From the NCBI GenBank assembly GCA_030426125.1, contig JAUHZB010000001.1, positions 94,583-158,582 of the forward strand: 64,000 nucleotides of DNA. Reading direction: 5' to 3'. This document shows, one piece after another, positions 17,320 to 27,040 of the stretch (position 1 is its first letter; the number at the start of each line of letters is the position of its first letter). A model generated the notes under the pieces. It searched no databases and was not told the DNA's origin. It saw only the letters and a list, made by a program, of their open reading frames with translations. The translations under genes were made by a program, and so were the position numbers. This DNA is from a bacterium (lineage in GTDB: Bacteria > Patescibacteriota > Saccharimonadia > Saccharimonadales > AWTP1-31).

Positions 17320-17964
17320 TTATATCTCCAACTGCTCAGGCGCAGAACTACCTGTTGCTTTATTTGATTCGTATTTGAGTGTCACCTTCCAGGTTCCACT
17401 AGAAAGGTAATTACTAGGAATTTCGATCGGGGCGCATTGAGTATAGCTAACGTTAGTAAAACCTGTTGATGTTAGTGTGCGTTTTGAGGATCCTTTGACG
17501 AAAACAGCGCTACATTTACCACCCTCTTCAAAGACACCATTAATATATCCAGAAACTGATTCTGCTGATACATTGGTAATAACTGGGGTTACTGTTTTTT
17601 TGCTACTACTGTTTTGGTTTGATTCCGACGTTTCTTCTTGAGGGTTATTGGCTTCTTCTTTGCTTTGGAGATCTTTGATCTTATCTGCTGCTTTCTTTTC
17701 TTGCTCTGTGGCAGGAGAGTAGTTTATATCATCGCTCTGTTTATTACTATTCTCAGATGTGGCACCAGACTGATTGTTTTGATTGTTATCTTTGTACATA
17801 AAGAACCACAGACCAGCGACTAAACCAACTAGTAATACAGTAATAGCCATCAAGATTGCTAATTTATTTTTAGCTTTTTTGCTATTCTTATACTTATATT
17901 TACTGTATTTTTTATTTTTGTACATAATCACTAGCACTATAGCATTGTTTTTATATGGGGTCAA
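17320..17964 (-). CDS. Membrane-anchored hypothetical protein (N-in single TM, low-complexity linker, small 2-Cys C-terminal domain)
   Basis: Lys-rich N-terminus, TM segment LAILMAITVLLVGLVAGLWFFMY and a Q/N/S/E-rich linker. There is a 3-nt gap to the downstream secreted protein. M14 (17925) is an alternative start. Confidence 0.6.
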   Translation of the reverse strand: MTPYKNNAIVLVIMYKNKKYSKYKYKNSKKAKNKLAILMAITVLLVGLVAGLWFFMYKDNNQNNQSGATSENSNKQSDDINYSPATEQEKKAADKIKDLQSKEEANNPQEETSESNQNSSSKKTVTPVITNVSAESVSGYINGVFEEGGKCSAVFVKGSSKRTLTSTGFTNVSYTQCAPIEIPSNYLSSGTWKVTLKYESNKATGSSAPEQLEI

Positions 17965-18036
17965 TAGCTCGAAAGGTCTAAGTATACATTTATTGAAAAT
18001 GTATTTAAAACTCAGGTTGGTTTATAATTATTAGTA

Positions 18037-19425
18037 ATGAAATCTGCACTGAAAAATGCAGCCTCCAGACTACTAGAGGCACTTAGTTCAAATAAGTTCT
18101 TAACTGTCATTTATGTATGGTTTCTAATACAGACAATCTATATTGTAATTAACGTTAAAGTTGGCATTCCTCCTGACGAGAATTGGCATCTGGGGCTAAT
18201 ACAACTATATACCAGAGATGGTTTAGATCCTGCAATCCAAGATCAGACTGGCTTTTTCTATCTTGGGGAAGTGACTAGGGGAGTCGGCTATTACTATCAC
18301 TATCTGCTAAGCATAGTTACAAGACCACTTGATGCTATGTTCTCTTACGAAACAGTTGTATCAATTCTTAGAATGATCAATGTTTTCATGGGGCTTGGAA
18401 CTTTGATAATTGTTTCTAACCTGACCACAATGCTGAAGTTCTCTAAATTGGTTCGAAATATTGTTGTGTTTTGTTTGGCGAACACTGCAATGTTCGTCTT
18501 TTTAAGCGGTTCAGTCAACTATGATAACTTACTAATTTTGGTTAGTGTATTTAGTGTCTATAGTCTAATGAAATTAATCGATAGATTTAGCATTAACAAT
18601 CTACTAATCTTCTTAGCTGCTGTATTGTTTGGGTTACAAGTAAAGTTTGCCTATGCGCCGTTAGCTTTATTCTTAGTTCTGGTATTATTTTTTGAACTCG
18701 CTAAGAATTATAAAGTTTACTTAAAAGAAGTAAGTAGAACTATCAAAAAAGCAGAGCGCTCTAGTATCGCTTTTGCTACATTAGTGGTGGTTTTATTAGT
18801 AACTTTTGCATTCTCCTATGGTAGAAATATTGTTGAGTATCAAACGGTTGCTCCGAAATGTACCAAAGTGCACAGTCTGGATAATTGTTTGCAGTCTGAA
18901 GTTTTTGCAAGGAATCAGAAGTTTAAAGCAGAACCGCTGTCTGGTCCACTAATGACTAAAGAAGTGTTCTCTTATCGGTGGTTTGAGACCATGCAGGAGA
19001 GGTTGTTCGGCGTTTTCGCCCATAAAAGTTACAAACCCTCAGTAAGAGTGGTACAGGCGATTAATGTTGTCATGTTACTTGGCTTAGTTTGTTTTGTTCG
19101 TTTATATAAACACAGAGATAATAAGCATTTGTATATATTGCTCTTAGCACTTTTCTATACCGCCATACTTCTTATGACCAATTGGGGAACGTATAGTCGG
19201 TCTGGTCGTTTTGGGGTAGCACTTCAGGGTCGATACATTCTTCCAGTGCTTCCACTCATATATATGGTGCTAGTCGGCTATATATTTAAAATGTTTAATA
19301 GCCGCATAGTATATAAATTATTAATATCATTAATTATATGTGCACTTTTCTTTTTATCTTCCGCTCCCGCTTTTATATCTAATACTGATGAAGGCTGGTT
19401 TAAATCTTCATCTATTACAAAATAG
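18037..19425 (+). CDS. Polytopic GT-C-like (DUF2142-style) putative polyprenyl-phosphate-sugar-dependent glycosyltransferase, paralogue 1
   Basis: At least 10 TM segments. The first-loop acidic motif is PPDENWH (18172-18189). It shares VNYDNLLIL, YGRNIVEYQT…C…C and QGRYILPVLPL blocks with the 35465-36973 product. Confidence 0.6.
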   Translation: MKSALKNAASRLLEALSSNKFLTVIYVWFLIQTIYIVINVKVGIPPDENWHLGLIQLYTRDGLDPAIQDQTGFFYLGEVTRGVGYYYHYLLSIVTRPLDAMFSYETVVSILRMINVFMGLGTLIIVSNLTTMLKFSKLVRNIVVFCLANTAMFVFLSGSVNYDNLLILVSVFSVYSLMKLIDRFSINNLLIFLAAVLFGLQVKFAYAPLALFLVLVLFFELAKNYKVYLKEVSRTIKKAERSSIAFATLVVVLLVTFAFSYGRNIVEYQTVAPKCTKVHSLDNCLQSEVFARNQKFKAEPLSGPLMTKEVFSYRWFETMQERLFGVFAHKSYKPSVRVVQAINVVMLLGLVCFVRLYKHRDNKHLYILLLALFYTAILLMTNWGTYSRSGRFGVALQGRYILPVLPLIYMVLVGYIFKMFNSRIVYKLLISLIICALFFLSSAPAFISNTDEGWFKSSSITK

Positions 19426-19504
19426 ATTTATTCGCATATTTCGATATTTATGCTATCTACAGTCTAGATATAAATTGCTATAATACATTTCGAAAGATGA
19501 GTAT

Positions 19505-20596
19505 ATGATACATTTTGTTATTGGTACAAGAGCACAGCTTTTTAAGATGGCGCCTATTATGCGTGAGTGCGACAAGCGTGGTCTAGATTGGCGTTGGGTT
19601 TACACCGTTCAACATAAGGAGACCATAGACAACACCCTAAAAGTTTTTGAGTTAAAAGATCCTGATTACACTCTTTTTGATTGGGACAGTGAAGCAAAAT
19701 CTATGTCCAAGATTTGGTATTGGTTAATTCGGGCTATGCTAGCCTTATTTAAAGGACGAAAGATCTTAGATAAAAAGACTGGTAAGAAAAATATTGTATT
19801 AACTCATGGAGACACGCTAACAACTTGGTGGGGTGCCTTGCTTGGTAGGCTCTATGGTTGCAAGGTCATGCACGTTGAGTCGGGCTTAAGAAGCTTTAAT
19901 ATTTTCAAACCTTTCCCTGAGGAGATTGATAGATTAATTACTTTTCGTTTAGCAAACATTTATGCTTGTCCGGGTGATTGGGCGGTCAATAATTTAAAGA
20001 AGTATAAGGGTGAAAAGATAAATACAGAGGAGAATACCCAGATAGATGTGCTACGCTTTGGATTAGAACACTGCGATAAAGCGACTATAAAAATACCAAA
20101 AGTTAAGTATGTTGTTGCTAGTATTCATAGATACGAGAATATATTTAATCAGGATAGATTTGAAGAGGTTATTGATCGAACATTAGATATATCTAATAAG
20201 TTTAAAGTCTTCTGGGTACAGCATCCTGCAACTAAGCTACAACTTGAGAAGAACCCTAAAATATTAAAGAAACTGAAGGATAATAAGCAAATTAGTTTAC
20301 TGCCCAGGCTTGAGTATCTAGAGTTTATTAAACTAGTAAAGCACTCGGAGTTTGTTATTACAGACGGTGGCGGTAATCAAGAAGAGCTATATCACCTAGG
20401 TAAGCCAACCTTAATATTCCGGAATGAATCTGAAAGGCTAGAGGGATTAAATGATACAGCGATTATATCTAAACTAGATCCCGAAATAATTAGTGAATTT
20501 ATTGCAAACTATAAGAAATATGCAAAACCAGCTTTTAGAAAGAAGGCAGAACCCTCCAAGATGATAGCCGATAGACTAGTAGAATTTAGCAACTAG
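19505..20596 (+). CDS. UDP-N-acetylglucosamine 2-epimerase family protein (WecB-like, divergent)
   Basis: N-terminal VIGTRAQLFKMAPIM, plus HGDTLTT…HVESGLRSFNIFKPFPEEIDR matching the HVEAGLR…PEExNR core of Epimerase_2. Confidence 0.7.
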   Translation: MIHFVIGTRAQLFKMAPIMRECDKRGLDWRWVYTVQHKETIDNTLKVFELKDPDYTLFDWDSEAKSMSKIWYWLIRAMLALFKGRKILDKKTGKKNIVLTHGDTLTTWWGALLGRLYGCKVMHVESGLRSFNIFKPFPEEIDRLITFRLANIYACPGDWAVNNLKKYKGEKINTEENTQIDVLRFGLEHCDKATIKIPKVKYVVASIHRYENIFNQDRFEEVIDRTLDISNKFKVFWVQHPATKLQLEKNPKILKKLKDNKQISLLPRLEYLEFIKLVKHSEFVITDGGGNQEELYHLGKPTLIFRNESERLEGLNDTAIISKLDPEIISEFIANYKKYAKPAFRKKAEPSKMIADRLVEFSN

Positions 20597-21879
20597 TTGC
20601 TAATACTCAGGTAGGTTATATTATTCTTTTCGAACTCTTCGCGTTTATCATCAAAACTACTTTTTCCATCGAAGAAAATACTACTAGGCTTTAGTTGTGC
20701 AGGGTTGATGTCTAGAAATTGTTTGTGATTGGTAGCGAGAATAACGATATCTCTGTTTTTTAATGCACTTTCTAGGTCTTTTTCACTAGATTTATCTATA
20801 AATGGGTCGTAGGTCGCAACATCAGCCCCTAGAGACTCTAACTGCTCAATAATGGAATAAGAAGGACTCATGCGATCGTCTGCAACGTTGGGCTTATATG
20901 ATAAGCCCAATACCGCAATGGATTTTCCTTCTAGTGAGCCGGAATCGCCTTTTTCAGTTAATGAATCAATAATATTATCTACTACAAATTTTGGCATTCC
21001 TTCGTTTATTGATCTGGCAAGTTTAAGAAATTCATGGTTGAATCCCTTACCTTTAGCGTATTCAATTAAATAGTAGGGGTCGACTGGTATACAGTGACCA
21101 CCAACCCCAATTCCGGGGTAGTGGGCTAAGAAAGCAAATGGTTTAGTAGCCGCACCATCGATAACATTATTGATGTTTATACCTAGTTTATTGAAGGACA
21201 TCGCTAACTCATTTACGAATGCTATATTTATATCCCTAAATGAATTCTCGACGATTTTAACAGCCTCAGCTTCCTTAAGACTACCCATTTTCATAACTTC
21301 AGCATCAACCAGATTTGAATAGAATTGGTGAGCCAGCTTTAGTCCTTCGTCAGTACTTGCACCAACAACACGATTAATATTGCTTACATTCCATTTAGGA
21401 TCGCCAGGGTTTATTCTTTCTGGGCAATGAGCCAGGTATATTGATTTTCCTACCTGGTGATCAGTTTCATTTTCAATGAGCGGAATAATAACTTCATCGC
21501 AAACACCAGGATTAATGGTTGACTCAATCACTAGCAAGCTACCATCTTTCATTAAAGGTGTAGTTGACTTAACAGCATTGATGACTGGCTGAAGATCAGG
21601 AGTTTTATTCTCATCTACAGGTGTGGGAACGCAAATGACAACCGCATCAGCGTCTTTAACTTGATCAAATTTATTAGTGAATAATATATTGCTGTCATTT
21701 AATTGCTCGGTTATTAGTGGTTCGTCAATTGAAGTGTTTTTATTGTTCAGGTTTTCTATTTTATTTGTGTCGAGGTCAATCCCAGTAACTGAAAAACCTT
21801 TTTTCTCAGCCAATAATGATAAGGGTAAACCTACATATCCCAGCCCAATTACTGCGATTCTTTTTATACTATTCATCAA
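20593..21879 (-). CDS. Nucleotide-sugar 6-dehydrogenase (UDP-ManNAc/UDP-GlcNAc dehydrogenase class, WecC/Cap5O-like)
   Basis: Rossmann motif IAVIGLGYVGLP and catalytic Cys region GIGVGGHCIPVDPYY. It converges on the epimerase gene with a 4-nt overlap. Confidence 0.85.
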   Translation of the reverse strand: MMNSIKRIAVIGLGYVGLPLSLLAEKKGFSVTGIDLDTNKIENLNNKNTSIDEPLITEQLNDSNILFTNKFDQVKDADAVVICVPTPVDENKTPDLQPVINAVKSTTPLMKDGSLLVIESTINPGVCDEVIIPLIENETDHQVGKSIYLAHCPERINPGDPKWNVSNINRVVGASTDEGLKLAHQFYSNLVDAEVMKMGSLKEAEAVKIVENSFRDINIAFVNELAMSFNKLGININNVIDGAATKPFAFLAHYPGIGVGGHCIPVDPYYLIEYAKGKGFNHEFLKLARSINEGMPKFVVDNIIDSLTEKGDSGSLEGKSIAVLGLSYKPNVADDRMSPSYSIIEQLESLGADVATYDPFIDKSSEKDLESALKNRDIVILATNHKQFLDINPAQLKPSSIFFDGKSSFDDKREEFEKNNITYLSISN

Positions 21880-21926
21880 ATTTAGTATAAACTAAATACA
21901 GATAATGAGCTAAAAAAAGAGGTTAA

Positions 21927-22895
21927 ATGAAGTTAGTAATATTTACAATCTGTAAAGATGAATCTAGTACATTGAAAGAATTACTAGACCGCATGCCGAG
22001 CAAAATTGCTGGTGTTTCAAAAATTGAAACCTTAGTCATAAGTGATGGTAGTACTGATAATACGGCGCAAGTTGCTAGAGATAATGGAGCAACAAAAGTT
22101 ATTGAGGGCGTAACACAGAAACGTCTAGCTTACCGTTTCCAGCAAGCAATAGATACTGTCTTGGAAATGGGTGCTGATTTAGCGGTAAATATTGACGGCG
22201 ATCTACAGTTTGCGCCGGAAGATATTCCTAAACTACTAGAGCCTGTAGTTACTAAAGATTATGACTTCGTAGCCGCTGACAGATTTACTGATCCTAAAAC
22301 GAATATGCGACGTAGGCCGGATAACATGCCCAAGACGAAATATTGGGCTAATAGGTTAGGGGCTAAGATTGTAGGTAGCTTATCCGGCCAAAACTTTCGA
22401 GACGTTACCTGTGGGTTTAGAGCATACAACAAGAAAGCGATGCTGGCTATCAATATAAACAGCAACTATACCTACACCCAAGAGTCATTTCAGGTATTGG
22501 CTATCAAGAAGATGAATATCACATCAGTTCCAATTTTAGTTAAATATTATCCTGGTCGAAAATCGCGGGTGGTGCGTAGTTTTTGGCAGTTCTTGTTTGG
22601 AAGCGCTCTGAATATTTTGCGGGCTTACCGTGATTATGCACCCTTAAAATTTTTTGGTATAGCTAGCGCGCTGTGTCTAATGCCAGGTGTGATTATTGGT
22701 GGCTTTGTGGCTTGGCACTGGGCTACAACCGGTGCAATTAGCCCTTATATCGCTTTTGGGATTATTGCTTTGTTCTTAGTTAGCGTAGGCATCTTGCTTG
22801 GTATATTAGGCCTAGTCGCTGATATGTTTGATAGGATGTTAAATAACCAAGAAAAGATTATTGAACAAAACAAACGACAGAGATACGATAGTTAA
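21927..22895 (+). CDS. GT2 polyprenyl-phosphate glycosyltransferase (GtrB/DPM1/CsbB-like) with two C-terminal TM helices
   Basis: ISDGSTDNT, NIDGDLQF and AADRF motifs, followed by two C-terminal TM helices (FFGIASALCLMPGVIIGGFVAW and IAFGIIALFLVSVGILLGILGLV). Confidence 0.8.
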   Translation: MKLVIFTICKDESSTLKELLDRMPSKIAGVSKIETLVISDGSTDNTAQVARDNGATKVIEGVTQKRLAYRFQQAIDTVLEMGADLAVNIDGDLQFAPEDIPKLLEPVVTKDYDFVAADRFTDPKTNMRRRPDNMPKTKYWANRLGAKIVGSLSGQNFRDVTCGFRAYNKKAMLAININSNYTYTQESFQVLAIKKMNITSVPILVKYYPGRKSRVVRSFWQFLFGSALNILRAYRDYAPLKFFGIASALCLMPGVIIGGFVAWHWATTGAISPYIAFGIIALFLVSVGILLGILGLVADMFDRMLNNQEKIIEQNKRQRYDS

Positions 22896-23809
22896 TTAAA
22901 TTCCGACCAGGGGGATCGTTTTTTTGTGAGCTTAGTTAGTAGCTTAACGTCAGGTTTATAATGTTTTACTATTTGTTTGTATAATTTCGTGGTACTGTCT
23001 AATTTTGTGTTGTCTGGTTTTGCATTCCAACTATTAATATTAACCTCTATAATTTTTCGGAGCTTATAGGGTAGTATTGTGCGGTAGGTTTGTCGGAGAA
23101 GTGGTATTTTATAAGTATATTTTTGAGTAAGCAGTGGTATTTTTGGTTTCATGCCTCCTGGGTTAGCCTTTTGATCGTATTTCAAGTTCACATCTGCACT
23201 GGCCCCAATGAATTTTAGTAGCTCTTTAACCACCTTTTCTGGGTTCTTAACTAGATCTTCAAAAAACAGAACTTTGATGTTTCTTGCATCAAAATTTTGG
23301 TAGTAGGGTTTAAGTAGCTTGCCATATTCACTGCCAAATAATGGTAGGGTTTTATAGTCCCAATTATTGTTTCTTAATTTCTCAACATTTTTGCTAGATA
23401 TTAAATTAGTCATATGCTCATCGAATGATTCGGTTATGCCATATCTTCTAACGCCGGATTTGTAGTGAGAGAATGCTCTTTTTATAGGGTGGCGCATTAT
23501 TACAATTAGTTTAACTTTAGGATTATGTTTCTTGATCTGTTTGGCGGTGTTGTTAATAGAATGACCACCGCGGTAGTACATATATTGTGGTGTTACAGTA
23601 CCCCAGAGATTTTGCTCTTCTGATTGGTTAAAGTGTTGAGATAAGTACCAGTCTGAACCTTTTTCCAGCAGTTTGTCGTCATTAAAAAAGGGAACTTCCT
23701 TAGCTTTAGGTAGAGATATATTGGGATGATCCTTTAATATCTCATGAAGTGATGTTGTGCCTGACTTGGCAGCTCCTATTACAATAAAATCTAACTTATT
23801 TTTAGCCAT
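22892..23809 (-). CDS. PAPS-dependent sulfotransferase (cytoplasmic)
   Basis: 5'-PSB loop FIVIGAAKSGTTSL and 3'-PB motif VIMRHPIKRAFSHY. No TM segment or signal peptide. Its start overlaps the end of the upstream flippase gene by 19 nt. Confidence 0.85.
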   Translation of the reverse strand: MAKNKLDFIVIGAAKSGTTSLHEILKDHPNISLPKAKEVPFFNDDKLLEKGSDWYLSQHFNQSEEQNLWGTVTPQYMYYRGGHSINNTAKQIKKHNPKVKLIVIMRHPIKRAFSHYKSGVRRYGITESFDEHMTNLISSKNVEKLRNNNWDYKTLPLFGSEYGKLLKPYYQNFDARNIKVLFFEDLVKNPEKVVKELLKFIGASADVNLKYDQKANPGGMKPKIPLLTQKYTYKIPLLRQTYRTILPYKLRKIIEVNINSWNAKPDNTKLDSTTKLYKQIVKHYKPDVKLLTKLTKKRSPWSEFN

Positions 23810-25134
23810 TTTGCTGTTGCCTTAAATGGTAGTGACCATATTCCTAAATTTTTCTTAACTAAGTATAACAAAGCAATGTTTTTAACGGCAATCGTTGTTG
23901 TGACAGCAATGCCTGCTCCAAGCACACCTAGTATTGGAACCAGGGTAAAGGTTAGGATGGCATTTAATAACAGAACAGTAAGGCCAATCGTTACTGCTAA
24001 GGATTTTTCATAGCCAGTCATAGCTAATAGATAACTCACTGAACCAACGCCAAGGTTTACAACTTGAGCAATAACTAAAATCCTAAGTACTGAAGCTCCA
24101 TCTGTGAAGTCCGACCCAAATAAGCCAAGCACTAGATCAGGGAAGATCAGCATGAATAGGATAAGAGGGGTTGCTAGAAGAAGCGCAAGAGCTGCGGTTT
24201 TGCTGGCCATTGTCTCTAGCTTCTTTCGGTACTTAATATCCTGAAGCTCAGCTATTTTAGTGGTTGCTATAGCATTAATACCAGTTAGAATTACAGATAG
24301 AAGCATTGAGACTTTGAGGGCAATATTAAACACACCAACTGCTTCAGCGTCTAGAACAATTCCCAGCACCGCAATATTAAGCTGTCCTGTCATCTGATTA
24401 GAAAATTCTACAAATAACAATGGTGCTGCAATTAATAGCAAAGTTTTTTTGTTGAAAAGTTTTGGGGTACTGTTTCTTGGGATATATTTTCTTAGTAAGA
24501 AATACCCAAATAAAGAACTTAATAATACACCAATAGTAAAACCTATTACTGCACCGCTTAGGCCAAACCTAGAGCCTAAAACTAATATTGAAAAAGCCCC
24601 AAGTATGTATACGATGACTCTTTCAAGGAATACTGATTCTCGAATCTTTTTTAGGCCTCTTAAGAATCCAGCCTGAACGAAAATAGTAGACATGGCTGGA
24701 ATTGCTATAGCGAACCATCGTAAGTACTGTTGAAGCTGGGGTTGTTTGAATACTTTATCAGCTATTAATGGAGCACTTACAAAGACTAGTATCCCGAGAG
24801 ATGTTGAGATAATAGTAGTAAGCTTGAAAGCTGTTTTTTCTAATCCATGTAGACTTGCGTGGTCTTTGTCTTTAACAAGCTTAGGTATGTACTTAACAAC
24901 TGCTCGGTTAAAACCAAGTCTGCCCACCAGGGCTAGAACAGCAAGAACTGAGAAGGCAAGATAGAATAGTCCTGCTCCTTCAGCTCCGAAATTCCTGGCT
25001 AGTAGCAAGTCAAAAATGAATTGAGCACCGGCTGCTAGGCCAAACATTATTAGTGCCCAGGCAGAGTGTTTTAGGATTTCACCGAAATCTTTATCACCGG
25101 TTTTTAGTTGTTTTGGTAGGTATTTCATCATCAT
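23791..25134 (-). CDS. MOP-superfamily polysaccharide flippase (Wzx-like)
   Basis: 447 aa with about 12-14 TM segments, the typical polysaccharide-biosynthesis-protein layout. Confidence 0.8.
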   Translation of the reverse strand: MMMKYLPKQLKTGDKDFGEILKHSAWALIMFGLAAGAQFIFDLLLARNFGAEGAGLFYLAFSVLAVLALVGRLGFNRAVVKYIPKLVKDKDHASLHGLEKTAFKLTTIISTSLGILVFVSAPLIADKVFKQPQLQQYLRWFAIAIPAMSTIFVQAGFLRGLKKIRESVFLERVIVYILGAFSILVLGSRFGLSGAVIGFTIGVLLSSLFGYFLLRKYIPRNSTPKLFNKKTLLLIAAPLLFVEFSNQMTGQLNIAVLGIVLDAEAVGVFNIALKVSMLLSVILTGINAIATTKIAELQDIKYRKKLETMASKTAALALLLATPLILFMLIFPDLVLGLFGSDFTDGASVLRILVIAQVVNLGVGSVSYLLAMTGYEKSLAVTIGLTVLLLNAILTFTLVPILGVLGAGIAVTTTIAVKNIALLYLVKKNLGIWSLPFKATAKWLKIS

Positions 25135-25139
25135 TATTA

Positions 25140-25844
25140 TTAATTGTTGTCACTGAATGTATCATCAAGCGACAGATGGTCTTCTATGAATGCCTCAGCA
25201 GCGTATAGGTCGGGTTTAAATGTTATTTTAAATAACCATGGGCTTCCTTCAACATGGCGCACTTTATGACCTAGAAGCCTAATGGTTTCTGGTATGTGTA
25301 TGTATTTATCGCCAAATTTATGTAAGGCCTCTTGAAGTGTGTCAGTATGGAATCCTTGTGGTGTTTGAATCTCACGGTACTTATCTCTATCAGGGGTTGA
25401 TTGTAGATAGCCATCATCGTCCACCACCAGTGAGTTTTTTATAGAAAGGACCGGATAGGCACATTTGTAATCATGTAATTCGTCGATAATATCAGAGGTT
25501 ATTTCTTTATTTAAAAATGGCCTACTTGCATCGTGTAGTAAAACAAATTTAGTATCAATATTATCAATTACATTTACCAGTGACTTTGACCTTGAGTTAC
25601 TTGCTTTAACTAACTGAATATTAGGAAACTTTTCCTTTAAGAACGTAGCATCTTCAATTTCTGTAACAATAACTATGATATTGCTGAAAAGCGGGTAGGT
25701 GGTTTCCAGTGAATATTCAATTACTTTCTTACCTCTTATATCTAGATACTGTTTAGGGGTATTCATGCCAGTGCGTTTACCACGACCACCAGCTAGCAGT
25801 ATTAGTGTTGCATTATCGAAATTTGAGGTATTTTGTTTATTCAT
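25140..25844 (-). CDS. IspD/TarI-family cytidylyltransferase (CDP-polyol/CDP-sugar-phosphate synthase)
   Basis: N-terminal LILLAGGRGKRTGMNTPKQYL signature. There is a 4-nt overlap with the upstream TagF-like gene. Confidence 0.8.
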   Translation of the reverse strand: MNKQNTSNFDNATLILLAGGRGKRTGMNTPKQYLDIRGKKVIEYSLETTYPLFSNIIVIVTEIEDATFLKEKFPNIQLVKASNSRSKSLVNVIDNIDTKFVLLHDASRPFLNKEITSDIIDELHDYKCAYPVLSIKNSLVVDDDGYLQSTPDRDKYREIQTPQGFHTDTLQEALHKFGDKYIHIPETIRLLGHKVRHVEGSPWLFKITFKPDLYAAEAFIEDHLSLDDTFSDNN

Positions 25845-27040
25845 CTAATAATTTCTTTTATTGTCTCAAAGTATCTTGCTGAGCTCTTACCATCTAGTGT
25901 ATCACCCCAGACTTTTTTTCGAACCCGATCCATTTCTTTGTTGTATTTTTTTAAGTACTTAGCTGGGTTGGATAGAGATTCGGATAACTGTTTATTGAAA
26001 GCAGTAAAATCTTCGGTTTTAGCACCAGCTCTATCGGCTGGCGTCAGGGTGTAGCCATAAAAAGTTGGCTTAGTATCGATGAATATCACTGGCTTATTAG
26101 TTTTCATTGCAATAAAATCGGTATAGATGGATGACCAGTCGGTGATAAGTACATCTACTAAATGAAGTAGTGGTTTGATGTCCATATCCCCTTTGCTAGA
26201 TACTATTCTTAATCCTGGAAGATTTTCTGGTAATTTGAAGGTGCTGTTTAAATGGGGTAGTAATAGTATTAAGCTATTTTGCTTGAGGGCAATATTATTT
26301 AGTTCCTCTAAGAACTTCTCACCAGGCATATCGAACGAAGAAAACAGCTCTTGATTCTTGCTGTTCCAGGTCGGGGCGTACAGAACAATCTTTTTCTTTT
26401 TGTTAATGTCTTTAAGTCCGAATGTTTCACGAATATTTTGTAGCTCCTTCTGGTTTGGGGCTTTTGTGAGTGAGTCTACCTGTGAATATCCAGTAACGAA
26501 TAATTGCTTTTCGCTGTAACCCCAGCCTTTATGGAATTTTTTAAATTCTGGCGAGGAGACAAACACTGCATCATAAAATAATCGTGGAATAGTTTCTTCT
26601 TTGGTGCGGTTTTTGAATCCGGCTCCATGCCAAAATTCAACAAATAATGGGCGTCTTTTACTGTTTTTCCATGGACCCAAGAAAGCTGGACCATGGGATG
26701 TGCAAATTACTTGTGATGTTGCTAGTCTCTTTAAGTGATTTAAATTTTGCAATGAGTATGTGGACATGGTGTTATCAGTATTCTTGAGTCGTTTATAGTG
26801 AGCAGGGTCATCAGTGAAAAAATCTACTTGGTATTCATTTTGGTTAGCAATTAACCACTCGCCAAAAGACTTTAAGTTGCCGTTGAGTCGATGACCAACT
26901 AAAGAAATACGTTTTTGTTTTTTAAGGTGTAGAGTTAGGAATGCTAGTTTAGCGATGTGGGCAAATACAACTCCAGCTATATATTTTTTTATAACAACAG
27001 GTAATGGGTGTTTCTTTTTTCCAATACGAATACTAATCAT
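25841..27040 (-). CDS. CDP-glycerol/ribitol glycerophosphotransferase family protein (TagF/TagB/TarL-like)
   Basis: VLYAPTWN and LITDWSSIYTDFIAMKTNKPVIFI match the Glyphos_transf catalytic region. Confidence 0.8.
   Translation of the reverse strand: MISIRIGKKKHPLPVVIKKYIAGVVFAHIAKLAFLTLHLKKQKRISLVGHRLNGNLKSFGEWLIANQNEYQVDFFTDDPAHYKRLKNTDNTMSTYSLQNLNHLKRLATSQVICTSHGPAFLGPWKNSKRRPLFVEFWHGAGFKNRTKEETIPRLFYDAVFVSSPEFKKFHKGWGYSEKQLFVTGYSQVDSLTKAPNQKELQNIRETFGLKDINKKKKIVLYAPTWNSKNQELFSSFDMPGEKFLEELNNIALKQNSLILLLPHLNSTFKLPENLPGLRIVSSKGDMDIKPLLHLVDVLITDWSSIYTDFIAMKTNKPVIFIDTKPTFYGYTLTPADRAGAKTEDFTAFNKQLSESLSNPAKYLKKYNKEMDRVRKKVWGDTLDGKSSARYFETIKEIIR

Noticed and set aside
25140-25844. Calling the IspD-family protein the MEP-pathway enzyme 2-C-methyl-D-erythritol-4-phosphate cytidylyltransferase.
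   Set aside because: It overlaps a TagF-like glycerophosphotransferase gene in a flippase/sulfotransferase operon, and no other MEP genes are nearby. A TarI-like CDP-polyol synthase role fits better, though the substrate remains unknown.
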